A stretch of 63,537 nucleotides of DNA, filler included, from Dicyema japonicum (GCA_011109175.1; 9 parts of 9 records of this genome joined end to end with filler, not necessarily neighbours in it); one strand, 5' to 3'. Counted from the first letter of the whole stretch, positions 32,981 to 46,507 are shown. Notes: a model not told the origin generated them from the sequence alone. Translations and numbers: made by a program.

Positions 32981-35900
32981 TTGATAACTGCTTTAGAGCA
33001 TATCAAGTCAATTAACACGTAGGTTAAATAACTTATTACATAATGAAATCAATAACATAATAAAATAATTGGATAGAAAATATAATCTTTCCAAGTCACA
33101 AATAGTGACGAATAATTAGTTATCGTTGATCATGTAATAATCTTGAATCTCTCGAATATAATACATCTTGTTGAAAAAACGTAAATTGCATAACGATCAA
33201 GTAGGTTGAATAACTTATTACATAATAAAAAATCAAGAATTGCAAATGGTTTTATTATTATGTATATAACTTGTAATGCAAACCATAACTATGTGGGATC
33301 TATATAGTATGACAAAAAAGTGCAACAAGTCACAAGTACCTTTAGTAGATTATGTAATAAGATTATGTAATAATCATAATTATCTAATCTAAGCCTAACC
33401 CTTATTCATCACAATAATATTGATAACTGCTTTAGAGCATATCAAGTTTATTAACACGTAGGTTGAATAACTTATTACATAATGAAACCAATAACATAAT
33501 AAAATAATTGGATAGAAAATATAATTTATCCCAAGTCACAAATAGTGTGAATAACTAGATATCGTTGATCATTAATGATCTTGACCTCTCAAATAGAATA
33601 CATCTTGTAGAAAAAACCTAAATTGCATAATAATAAACAAGTAGGTTGAATAACTTATTACATAATAAAAAATCAAGAATTACAAATGGTTTTATTATTA
33701 TGTATACAACTTGTAATGCAATCCATAACTATGTAGGATCTATATAGTATGACAAAAAAGTGCATCAAGTCACAAGTACCTTTAGTAGATTATGTAATAA
33801 GATTATGTAATAATCATAATTATCTAATAATCATAATTATCTAACCTAACCCTAACCCTAAGCCTAAGTTAACCCTAACCCTAACAATTATTCATCACAA
33901 TAATATTGATAACTGCTTTAGAGCATATCAAGTTTATTAACACGTAGGTTGAATAACTTATTACATAATGAAACCAATAACTTAATAAAATAATAGGATA
34001 GAAAATATAATCTTTCCAAGTCACAAATAGTGACGAATAACTAGCTATCGTTGATCATGTAATAATCTTGAATCTCTCTAATAGAATACATCTTGTTGAA
34101 AAAACGTAAATTGCATAACGATCAAGTAGGTTGAATAACTTATTACATAATAAAAAATCAAGAATTTCAAATGCTATTCCTTAATACGTACAAAACATGT
34201 AATGCATACCATAACTATTTCCCAAAAAGTGTAGTATGAATAAAAATTACATCAAGTCACAAGTACCTTTAGTAGATTGTGTAATAATCATAATTATCTA
34301 ACCTTACCCTAACCCTAAGCCTAAGCTAACCCTAACCCTAACCCTTATTCATCACAATAATATTTATAACTGCTTTAGAACATGTCAAGTCAATTTACAC
34401 GTAGGTTGAATAACTTATTACATAATGAAATCAATAACTTAATAAAATAATTGTATAGAAAATATAATCTTTCCAAATCACAAATAGTGACGAATAACTA
34501 GATATCGTTGATCATGTAATGATCTTGAATCTCTCTAATAGAATACATCTTGTTGAAAAAACGTAAATTGCATAACGATCAAGTAGGTTGAATAACTTAT
34601 TACATAATAAAAAATCAAGAATTTCAATTGCTATTCCTTAATACGTACAAAACATGTATTGAATACCATAACTATTTGCCAAAAAGTGTAGTATGAGTAC
34701 AAATTGCATCAAGTCACATGTAGCTTTAGTATATTGTGTAATAATCATAATTATCTAACCTAACCCTAACCCTTATTAATCACAATAATATTGATAACTG
34801 CTTTAGAGCATATCAAGTCAATTAACACGTAGGTTGAATAACTTATTACATAATGAAATCAATAACATAATAAAATAATTGTATAGATAATATAATTTAT
34901 CCCATGTCACAAATAGTGACGAATAACTAGATATCGTTGATCATGTAATGATCTTGACCTCTCAAATAGAATACATCTTGTAGAAAAAACCTAAATTGCA
35001 TAATAATAAACAATTAGGTTGAATAACTTATTACATAATAAAATATCAAGAATCACAAATGGTTTTATTATTATGTATACAACATGTAATGCAATCCATA
35101 ACTATGTGGGATCTATATAGTATGACAAAAAAGTGCATCAAGTCACAAGTACCTTTAGTAGATTATGTAATAAGATTATGTAATAAGATTATGTAATAAT
35201 CATAATTATCTAATAATCATAATTATCTAACCTAACCCTAACCCTAAGCCTAAGTAAACCTTAACCCTAACAATTATTTATTAGAATAATATTGATAACT
35301 GCTTTAGAGCATGTCAAGTCAATTTAAACGTAGGTTGAATAACTTATTACATAATGAAATCAATAACATAATAAAATAATTGTATAGATAATATAATTTA
35401 TCCCAAGTCACAAATAGTGACGAATAATTAGCTATCGTTGATCATGTAATAATCTTGAATCTCTGGAATATAATACATCTTGTTGAAAAAACGTAAATTG
35501 CATAACGATCAAGTAGGTTGAATAACTTATTACATAATAAAATATCAAGAATTACAAATGGTTTTATTATTATGTATACAACATGTAATGCAATCCATAA
35601 CTATGTGGGATCTATCTAGTATGACAAAAAAGTGCATCTAGTCACAAGTACCTTTAGTAGATTGTGTAATAAGATTATGTAATAATCATAATTATCTAAT
35701 AATCATAAGTATCTAACCTAACCCTAACCCTAAGCCTAAGCTAACCTTAACCCTAACAATTATTCATCACAATAATATTGATAACTGCTTTAGAGCATAT
35801 CAAGTCAATTAACACGTAGGTTGAATAACTTATTACATAATGAAACCAATAACTTAATAAAATAATAGGATAGAAAATATAATCTATGCCAAGTCACAAA

Positions 35901-36392
35901 TAGTGACGAATAACTAGCTATCGTTGATCATGAAATAATCTTGAATCTCTGGAATAGAATACATCTTGTTGAAAAAACCTAAATTGCATAACGATCAAGT
36001 AGGTTGAATAACTTATTACATAATAAAAAATAAAGAATTTCAAATGCTATTCCTTAATACGAACAAAACATCTAATGCATTCCATAACTATTTGCCAAAA
36101 AGTGAAGTATGACTAAAAATTGCATCAAGTCACAAGTACCTTTAGTAGATTGTGTAATAATCATAATTATCTACCTAACCCTAACCCTTATTCATCACAA
36201 TAATATTGATAACTACTTTAGAGCATATCAAGTCAATTAACACGTAGGTTGAATATCTTATTACATAATGAAATCAATAACTTTATAAGATAATTGGATA
36301 GAAAATATAATCTATGCCAAGTCACAAATAGTGACGAATAACTAGTTATCGTTGATCATGTAATAATCTTGAATCTCTCGAATAGAATACAT
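32981..36392. repeat. Complex satellite, about 7.4 units of 428-501 bp, each ending in a degenerate (CCCTAA)n telomere-like tract
   Basis: Unit starts (ttgataactgctttag) at 32981, 33420, 33906, 34363, 34791, 35292, 35778, 36206. Tracts such as ctaacctaaccctaaccctaagcctaagttaaccctaaccctaac lie at 33841-33885. Confidence 0.95.
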
Positions 36393-36449
36393 TTACAGGG
36401 ACATATGTGCGTTTTACTCATGTTTTACAGGGACATATGACTCACTTTC

Positions 36450-38685
36450 GTCGTCATATCTGACGTTTATTGGTGGAGACTGGAATGTCATAGTTGGTAA
36501 AGTCGGAATGGGGAGACTTGTATAGATCACATGCTCGCAATCGTCTAAATTCCACTGGTGTCTCATTGATTCAATTCTGCGAATCCTACAACTTATTTAT
36601 TACGAACACTGCTTTTGAACACCCAGCAAGACATAAAACTACATGGACTGGTTCACGACAGGACAAAAATGGCAACTTGATTAAAATATATAATCAAATT
36701 GATTATATATTGAGCAGAAGAAGGAACAAAAACCTAATACGAAACTCGAGATCATACGATGGGCTTCAAACATCAAGTGATCACAAATTGGTGATCACCC
36801 GGTTCTTTTTGGGAAGTTTGTACAAACCTGGAAAATATGGAAAAACGGAATTCGAAAGATTGGATACAGAAACTCTAATAAGCAATGAAATAAAGATGAA
36901 AGAGTATGGCGAAAAACTCAGAAAGGAATTATGCAAGATGAATACAAACAATAGTGCACAGGATTTGTGGAATGACGTTGGAGTTGCAATGAAGAATACC
37001 GCGTCGTTGGTTTTGGGGACTACTCACAAAAACAAATTCAAATATAACACCGAAGAAATGTCATACTTATTTTCAGAAAAAAAGAATTTGAGGATTAGAA
37101 TTAATAATTCAAATATATTGAGTCTAAAAAAAGAGCTAAGGATAGTTCGTAACTCAATTTTAACAAAAATCAAAAAACTTCAAAAATATCAAGTAAAAAA
37201 GGAAGTGGAGGAACAGGTCGATGAAATCAAGAAATATAAGAACGGATCCAAAATGTTCAAAACCATTCGGATTATTAGCAAAAAGAAACGACCAGGGAAT
37301 ATTGTTATTCACGACCAACATGGACGATCAGTATTGAATGTTATTGAAAAGCGAACATAGTCTCTTCACACTACTATGACATCTTTAACAATCAAGAAAT
37401 TGAAAACAAATCTCCAATAACATCAACGGCTCCACTGAACTGCCCCATTATTATCGCGGAAACTATTAAGGCAATAGGAAAACTAAACTACAGGAATGCG
37501 GCTGGTTTTGGTAATACAGAGTTAATAAAATGTGGACCCACAGAATTGGGTGAAATAATCACCATCATACATAATAAAGCATTTGAACACAAAAACTATC
37601 TTGGAATTGGAAGAGGAGGCTAATTCCAATACCAAAACCTGGGAAACCTAGAGGTCCCGCAAACAGTCTAAGACCAATAATTCAATTATCGGTCTTACGA
37701 AAACCTTCTATCATTGTATTAAATCGAATCAAAGGGAAAGTCGACAAATTCTGACAAAGCGGTTTCAGGGGAAAAAAATCAACCGCCGACATAGTATGGA
37801 CGCATAGATGGTCTGGCAAAAATATGTCAGAAATACAAAAAATGCATAGAAGTTCTGGGGATCGACATGAGTCGTGCATTCGACTCTGTACACATGGGAC
37901 TACTGATTAACATTCTGAATACATTTCCAGACACGGATGATGTTAGAATTATTTCCTTGCTCCTAGAAGATACTCACCTGGCTGTCAAAATCGGAAATAC
38001 CGCTTCCAATTTTTTTAAACCACTCGGGGAGTTCCACAAGGGGATTCGTTGTCTCCTATTCTATTTATTATTTATTTTGAGGCTGCACTGAGGGATTTCA
38101 GATTATCCATTAAAGGACAATTTTATAAGTTGATTTACGCAGACGATCTGGACTTTGTATCGGATGATTCTGAATTTCTTAAGTACATAAACGAACATTT
38201 TCCTAACATTTTCCAAAAATGGTTCTTGAAGATAAATACTGACAAAACGGAATTTACATCATTCAGCCGTGCAGAGAGGATATCCGACGAGACGTGGAAA
38301 AGACATAAGAAGGTAGGATCGCTCTTGGGGGACGAGGAAGATGTAGCTCGACGGAAAATCCTTGCATCTGGTGCTTTCAGAAGCCTATCTAAAATATGGA
38401 GTTCGGGAAGAAGACTTTGTGGAAAAATAAAGCTTATGATATACAAATACTTTGTTATGCCCATTCTAATATATAACTGTGGGACATGTGGTTTGTCTAA
38501 ACGAGCAATGGAGTCTATTGACAGTTTCGACCGCAGTATGCTTCGGAAGGCACTTAATATTCACTCCAAAATGAAGATCAAAAACGAACAATTATATAAG
38601 TTGAGCAAAACAGAACCTTTATCCATGGAAATCAGAAGATCGAGATGGAGACTGTTCGGTCACATTCTGAGGATGGACCTGGATG
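36450..38685 (+). mobile_element. RTE-like LINE (APE + RT), 5'-truncated, degenerate
   Basis: Reads FIGGDWN..NTAFEHPARHKTTW..NQIDYIL..SDHKLV, DMSRAFDSV, LSPILF..YADDLDF, RWRLFGHILRMD. Confidence 0.92.
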
Positions 38686-39470
38686 NNNNNNNNNNNNNNN
38701 NNNNNNNNNNNNNNNNNNNNNNNNNNNNNNNNNNNNNNNNNNNNNNNNNNNNNNNNNNNNNNNNNNNNNNNNNNNNNNNNNNNNNNNNNNNNNNNNNNNN
38801 NNNNNNNNNNNNNNNNNNNNNNNNNNNNNNNNNNNNNNNNNNNNNNNNNNNNNNNNNNNNNNNNNNNNNNNNNNNNNNNNNNNNNNNNNNNNNNNNNNNN
38901 NNNNNNNNNNNNNNNNNNNNNNNNNNNNNNNNNNNNNNNNNNNNNNNNNNNNNNNNNNNNNNNNNNNNNNNNNNNNNNNNNNNNNNNNNNNNNNNNNNNN
39001 NNNNNNNNNNNNNNNNNNNNNNNNNNNNNNNNNNNNNNNNNNNNNNNNNNNNNNNNNNNNNNNNNNNNNNNNNNNNNNNNNNNNNNNNNNNNNNNNNNNN
39101 NNNNNNNNNNNNNNNNNNNNNNNNNNNNNNNNNNNNNNNNNNNNNNNNNNNNNNNNNNNNNNNNNNNNNNNNNNNNNNNNNNNNNNNNNNNNNNNNNNNN
39201 NNNNNNNNNNNNNNNNNNNNNNNNNNNNNNNNNNNNNNNNNNNNNNNNNNNNNNNNNNNNNNNNNNNNNNNNNNNNNNNNNNNNNNNNNNNNNNNNNNNN
39301 NNNNNNNNNNNNNNNNNNNNNNNNNNNNNNNNNNNNNNNNNNNNNNNNNNNNNNNNNNNNNNNNNNNNNNNNNNNNNNNNNNNNNNNNNNNNNNNNNNNN
39401 NNNNNNNNNNNNNNNNNNNNNNNNNNNNNNNNNNNNNNNNNNNNNNNNNNNNNNNNNNNNNNNNNNNNNN

Positions 39471-40460
39471 TATCCATTATTAAAAGTATTTTTCTATCTT
39501 GTGAGAGAAAGTCGTCGTTAATCTTTGAAAGTCACATTTTGAAAATTTCTCTATTCATCCAGGAATTTATTGACGCTGCATATAAAATACCGAATTTTTC
39601 ACAATCAAAATCTATGTTAAAATATAATTAAGCAAACTTTTCATACAACGAAGTGATTTGTATCTTCCAATAACAAGGGGAATTAATTGATTTCCTGCTG
39701 CATTACAGCAAAGGAGAACTGTTAATTTTGTACCATGACATGTTTCTATAGATTCGACATAAGATCTTGAAGGAAATTTTTTAACATGCAAAGATGTTTC
39801 ATCATAGTTAAAATATTTTCATGACCAAAAGTTTTCAACAAATTATCGAATTGAAAGAAAAAATTTGCTAAATTACTTTTAACTGCTGAACTTTTTTCAC
39901 CACAAATGGCTTTAAAAACCAGATCATGTCTTTTCTTAAATCTGTCAAACCAACCGACCAAAAGTTTTCAACAAATTATCGAATTGAAAGAAAAAATTTG
40001 CTAAATTACTTTTAACTGCTGAACTTTTTTCACCACAAATGGCTTTAAAAACCAGATCATGTCTTTTCTTAAATCTGTCAAACCAACCGTTAGAGGCTTT
40101 AAAAGATGTTGAATAATTCGATTTGTCGATATTTTTTTCGCGATGTCTTTGATTAAAGTACCCGAAATAGGAAAGGAATGATCCCTCAAACAACGAAACG
40201 CATCAAAAGTTAATTTGTCAAGTTTTTTCAAATTGATTGACTTCATTAGAAACTGGTTCAACTTCATCTATTTGAACTAATCTTGAAATGACTGATCCGG
40301 TATTAATGAAAGAAGAAATGTTTTTTTTGATTCGGGAAATAGTGCCTTTGCTTATCTTGAATTTTTTTCAACTTCTCTTTCAGAGGAAGTTTGTAGACAC
40401 TTTGCAATTTTAATTTTTGTTTCAATAGAAATTTTGGAAAGCATTACACAAAGACAATTA
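39471..40460 (-). mobile_element. pogo/Tigger (CENP-B-like) transposase N-terminal half, degenerate
   Basis: Reads PISGTLIKDIAKKI..FKASNGWFDRFKKRH..ICGE (HTH_Tnp_Tc5), followed by an ENI..YDET-like first catalytic D. Confidence 0.85.
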
Positions 40461-40559
40461 TCAGGTGTTCAAAAATAATATTATTCAAAATAATGTCATG
40501 TAAAAAAAATGTTAATAATTTAGTTGTTGTGGTGTTGTACATGTCCGATTCTAATCCTA

Positions 40560-41880
40560 CCGAGAAATCGAATCCTATGGCCCTTCCTGCAAAATCAAAT
40601 AAAGAAGATAGTAGAAGCAGGACCGTCGTCTGGAAGCTGGATAATGTCACAATAACTAATATCAACATCGTTGGGAACATTGGTTCCCAAACGAACTTGC
40701 ATTCACTATCTGCCATTATTGAAGAGGTCCACTGTGTCTCTGAAGCTGAGTGGGTATCTCAGATTTTTCTTGCCACGAAACAAAGATTTAGAAGGATACC
40801 TAGAGGTGGCTGGAACCTCGTACTCAAAAAGTTCAATGAAAAGTACTCCAAGAGTTCCAGTCTATGTCAACTAAAAAAGATGCTAAAACCTGAAAATCGG
40901 AATAACAATGTAAAAGGAGGCGAATGTTTCAAAGTNNNNNNNNNNNNNNNNNNNNNNNNNNNNACTGTGTCTCTGAAGCTGAGTGGGTATCTCAGATTTT
41001 TCTTGCCACGAAACAAAGATTTAGAAGGATACCTAGAGGTGGCTGGAACCTCGTACTCAAAAAGTTCAATGAAAAGTACTCCAAGAGTTCCAGTCTATGT
41101 CAACTAAAAAAGATGCTGAAACCTGAAAATCGGAATAACAATGTAAAAGGAGGCGAATGTTTCAAAGTGCAAAATAATACTAATGTGGAAATTTCCACCT
41201 TCAGAAATTGCCTTGAGGAACTAAAAGTACAAATTGAGAAAATTAAGTCAATTCCGAGGGATACTCGAAAACCAACACCCAAAATTCAGAGAAAGTATGT
41301 CAGAGTTAATGTTTTGTCGGGACTAAATACTGAAATATATTCTATGTGTTGGAGAACCAGTTAAGATTCTTGATCATTACATTAAACCAACACCCAAAAT
41401 TCAGAGAAAGTATGTCAGAGTTAATGTTTTGTCGGGACTAAATACTGAAATATATTCTATGTGTTGGAGAACCAGTTAAGATTCTTGATCATTACATTAT
41501 GTATTAAAATATTCTACACTATTTCATAATTAATATGCACTACAGCTAATCTTTTCGATCCATTGGAGAATTTTGAAAGATTTGCGTCATATGACAATAT
41601 TATCTAAACTTATTACCAAATATGTTAATTCCATACTCTCAGATTTTTTGGATTAGTTTCGGCTATTATCTGACAATTAGCTGCCAACTAGAAAGCTTTG
41701 TCAGGGATATAATGAACAGGCACTTATTAATCAATGTTTAAATAAAGAGTATGGAAAACACCTTTTATTCTGCTTGGGTTGATGTGGAAAAGGCCTTTGA
41801 TTCTGTTGACCATGAATTTTATTTCATTTATTGGACTGTTCATGATTATCCCGTAGAAATCTTAACTGGACTCAAAAATA
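40560..41880 (+). mobile_element. R4-like RLE retroelement, N-terminus to RT motif A, degenerate
   Basis: Reads IPRGGWNLVLKKFNEKY..RKPTPKIQRK, then EQALINQCLNKEYG..AWVDVEKAFDSVDH. Confidence 0.85.
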
Positions 41881-41899
41881 TCGAAAATAAATAATAAAT

Positions 41900-44600
41900 T
41901 CCAATTCGCAATAAATATAATAACTTTTTTTATTTTATAACATGATTAAGCCCTCCAATTCGCAATAAATTGTGTTGTCTAGAATTGTCTAGAATAAAAA
42001 GTTATATTTTATTACATAATCTAATGATTACGAATCTAAAATCATTAGATTTTGTAATAAAAGATTCTACACTCTACTGCATCAGCTGTTGATTTTCTTT
42101 TTTAAAACTCAGTTTGACTTTCGAATGGGTATTCGTTCCAATACAACGTTCGTCCCATAGTGGAGAGAAATGCATCCGTCGCAATATAAGAAATTAACTT
42201 TTAAACATTATGACATGATTAAGAATCTCAAATAAACTCATGTAATTTGATAAGATGATGTAATGCAGATCAATTTTAAGTACTGTTGAATATTGAATAT
42301 ATGAATATATAACAAGAATCTCAACTGGAATAATTAATGTATATAGAATTTGTTATTTACATCAATTAGCTGATAGTTTTGATTATCCTTATTACTTCAT
42401 GAAATGAATATATGAATATATAACAAGAATCTCAACTGGAATAATTAATGTATATAGAATTTGTTATTTACATCAATTAGCTGATAGTTTTGATTATCCT
42501 TATTACTTCATGAAATGTCAAGAATCTTAAATGACACCAGCAAAATAGATAGAAGTTGTAATGCATATCAATTCGCAAGTTCTAGAATAATTTCAATAAC
42601 TCATGACATAACTAGAATCTTAATGACTTAATAAGGTAATATCAAAACGATAATAACTAATAAATTCATATTCGCAATATAATATCATAACTTTTAAACA
42701 TCATGACATTATTAAGAATCTCAAATAGACTCATGTCTTTATTTACTTCATGACATCTAGAATCTCAAATTATCTACAGTATTATAGATAGAAGCTGTAT
42801 TGCAATTCAATTTTCAAGTTGTCTAGAATAACTACATTAACTCATGACATAACAATAATCATAAATGGACTCAATAATGTCGATAATAATTAATTAATTC
42901 CAATTCCAAGTACAGTAGAGGCTGGGACTAGACGTTTGCCAGGAGCACCGATGCCGATGCGGGAAAACAGTCGATGCGAAAGGATTGCACCCGCTGTCCT
43001 GCAGAAGAAGCGCCGGAAGGGGACCACGTCATGCTGCTCTGAATGATGTGATCGTCAGAGCTCTGAAGGCTTCAGGCTTCCCAGCACAGCATGAACCAGT
43101 GGGTCTTGATCGAGGAGATGGGAAGAGACCTGACGGGATGACCCCTTTCCCCTTCACGTCTGGAAGATCTTTGGTCTGGAACGCAACTTGCATAGACACG
43201 TTCTCAAGCACGAACATTTTTTAAATCTGTTCAGACACCTGGAGCAACTGCTTCGACTGCGGAAAACCTAAAAATCAAGAAATATTCTTGCCTCGGGGAT
43301 CGCTACCGATTTACTCCTGTTGCGACCGAATCATCGGGAGCCGTTGGTCCAATGACGGCTGAATTCTTGCAAGAACTTGGAGGATTGCTTGCCAGAAAGA
43401 GAAAGGATCAACGAGAAGGGCTATGGCTAAGACAAAAGATTGGAATAGCCATACTCCGAGGGAACTCGTTCGCAATCCACTCAGCAGGCTTCCAAACTGA
43501 CATTTGTTTAATTGTTAAAAAAAATTTTTGTGCTAAAAAAAAGTACAGTAGAATAACTTTAATTACTTAAGTACATTAACAAGAATATCCCATAGACACA
43601 AATAATGTAAATAGAAACTGAAATAGACATCAATTAGCTAATTTATTAGAAAATCCTTATTATTTTATAACATGATCAAGAATCTCAAGTAGACACTAGA
43701 AATGTAGATAGAAGACGTAATATATTCCGATTAGCAGGATTTTTAAAACATCTTTATTTACTTCATGACATCAAGAATCTCAAATTGTCTACAGTATTAT
43801 AGAAAAAAGCTGTAATGCATTCCAATACGCATGTGTTGACTCATGACATAACAAGAATCTCCCATAGACACAAATAATGTAAATAGAAACTGAAATAGAC
43901 ATCAATTAGCTAATTTATTAGAAAATCCTTATTACTTTATAACATGATCAAGAATCTCAAGTAGTCACCAGTAATATAGATAGAAGCTGTAATGCATTCC
44001 AATTAGCAGGTTTTTTAGAACATCTTTATTTTCTTCATGACATCAAGAATCTCAAATTGTCTACAGTATTATGGATTGAAGCTGTAATGCATTCCAATAC
44101 GCATGTATTGAGAATAACTTCATTAACTCGTGACATAACAAGAATCTTAAATGGACTCAATAACGTAGATAATAACTAATAAATTCCAATTTTACGAACA
44201 GTAGAAAAACTTTTATTACTTCATAATATGAAATTTAATCTCCAATTGACAATAGTAATGTTCGATAGAAGCTGTAATAACATCAAAGAGTTAATCTATT
44301 TGAATATCCTAATTACTTTATAACATGATCAAGAATCACGAGTGGACCCCAGAAATGTAGATAGAAGCTGAAAGAGACATCAATTAGCTAATATATTAGA
44401 AAATCCTTATTACTTCATAACATGTTCAAGAATCACAAATGTACACCAGTAATATAGATAGATTGTGAAATAGACTTCAAGTAGCTAATAAATTAGAATA
44501 TCCTTAATACTTTATAACACGATCAAAAATCTCAAGTGGACAATAAAATGTAGATATAAGATGAAATAGACATCGATTAGCTATTATTTTAGAATATCAG
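41900..44600. repeat. Diverged AT-rich satellite with a monomer of about 95 bp
   Basis: The anchor caagaatctc recurs at roughly 95-bp spacing (e.g. about 43676, 43771, 43948, 44043, 44138, 44330, 44428, 44523), with recurring gatagaagctgtaatgca and ttattacttcat motifs. Confidence 0.8.
42920..43540 (+). mobile_element. 5'-truncated CRE-like insertion with a 12-bp target-site duplication
   Basis: Reads [49 protein letters not shown]. Short A tail; AAGTACAGTAGA at 42908-42919 and 43541-43552. Confidence 0.92.
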
Positions 44601-45474
44601 TTTATCTCTTTTGAAGAATCGCAGAATTTCTTTGAAGTTTTATTAAATTTTAATTTTTTGGTCGATGTATCCTGCCAAAACAATGTTGTTATTGACGACG
44701 AGAGGGAGGTTTTTTTCCTGTGTAGATGGCTTATTACCTCTGAATATTACCATGTGACATCTGAGAGTAAGTTGAAGTTTTGGAATTAGATAAATCTGCC
44801 AAATCGTTGGATCTTAATTGATTTAGAATTAAACTGGCTAATTATGTCGATTTGTTGGACAGAATCTACTCAATATTGGCTAGAAAATTGGATGATTTTT
44901 TGTACACTGTATTGTATTGCTAATCTCGTACAAATTTGGGAGTTTGCTAGCTGTTGTAGCACCTTTGATATTTATTGTATATTGGAAATGTACGAGAGAA
45001 TTGGACTGTGGATTTTGAGTGATGAATCTGAGATTGAGTGATGATTGCTCAGTAATAATTTGGTGTTGTAACCAAACCCCACTTTGATCAAATAACCATA
45101 TGGGATTTTGAGAATCTCTCCGTTTCCCCACCTTTACATTGCCTTTCCAAATACAGTCGAACCCCGCCCCAATAAAACTCCCGCCTTNNNNNNNNNNNNN
45201 NNNNNNNNNNNNNNNNNNNNNNNNNNNNNNNTTAATTAATTAANNNNNNNNNNNNNNNNNNNNNNNNNNNNNNNNNNNNNNNNNNNNGGTTTGGTATCAA
45301 CTTCCATCAATTTAGTAGAAGCCAACAGAAATTGTTTTCATATTTGAGAAAACAAACATACACCACGGCAAAGAATATAATTGTTTTTAATGTCAACACA
45401 AGAGAAAATAATTTATTTGTGAGAAAAATTAATATTTACCAAATAAAGAAAGTTAGTAATTGTTTGGTTATATT

Positions 45475-46061
45475 TTAATTACCACATACGTTCTTGCTTT
45501 TTCCAACTTGGTTACTTATTTCGATTTCTGGGTTGCTTGAAATGTCTATTACATTAAGTTTAAAATGAAAACCCATAATTTCACACAAAAATGGTCTTTT
45601 GTTACTACATTTCTGATCATTCCATTTTCCAACAGAAATCCATATCTCAACACAGTATTCATCGTAATGATTATTGGGTTCACCTGGATACCAATTAAAA
45701 AATGTCTGAATTTTAAAAATGTGAATCACTTGTTTATTTCCATAAGAATCAAAGAAATTGTTATTATTCTGGAAGTCATTTACTCCAATCCAAAAGTTTG
45801 CGTTTGCCTTGTTCATAAAATGTTCTCAAATAAATTATCTGTAGGTTTACCATGAATATAATTATTTGTGATTTGGCTGTCTATATTTGCGAGTGAGCCT
45901 TTCATTCCTCTACAAACTTTTTGTGCATCTTGTTGACACAGAGAATCCGTTACAAAAATATAACATTTTCCATTTAAACATTCTAAACTGAAATAAAATA
46001 AATTACGGTTCGAAGTTAGAGCATTTTGAACAAAAATTGATAGGATTAGAAAATATAACAT
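45475..46061 (-). CDS. Secreted C-type lectin domain protein (EPN/WND); 3' end uncertain
   Basis: Signal-like MLYFLILSIFVQNALT; C..KCY..AQKVC..GSLANI..FWIGVND..NWYPGEPNN..EYCV..WNDQKC..PFLCE. Introns at 45825-45850 and 45706-45729. Confidence 0.88.
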
Positions 46062-46507
46062 TTTAATTATTATTTTCTCTTGCTTCCAGTATTTAAACTA
46101 CATTTTTAATTAATGGTCATATTGTCAAGCAATTATGTTCCTATAAATAATGTATGTTGTTTATAACTGTAAATTACTGTTTTTATTTCTATTTTCATAG
46201 AAATCGCAAACTAATTAGTATAAGTCGTTTCTTATATCGAATGTCGATCATTCAACTCTGAATTTAGTTTTTCTTCCAATTCTTTTAAGGAGATGATTAC
46301 TAACTTGTATAATATTTATTACATTCTAAAACAAATCAGATGGCAGATTCAATAAAAGCGACAGAATCATATTTTTTTGGGTTATTTTAAATATTTGACC
46401 AAAAACTTAAAAAATTGCCCCAACAGGGAACAGGGATTGAGGTGACCAACCGAGCCTTAAGTTCAGCAAATTCTACACCAAAATATATTACTTCGCGCGC
46501 AATGGAN

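Noticed and set aside
33841-33885. A true chromosome end
   Set aside because: The tracts are short, degenerate, repeated once per unit and flanked by non-telomeric sequence on both sides.
32981-36392. CRISPR-like repeat-spacer array
   Set aside because: The whole unit is repeated with no unique spacers, the context is eukaryotic, and there are no cas genes.
15558-39631. Long ORFs of 250-490 aa made mostly of X (15558-16454, 21919-23130, 38632-39631)
   Set aside because: They exist only because N gaps contain no stop codons.
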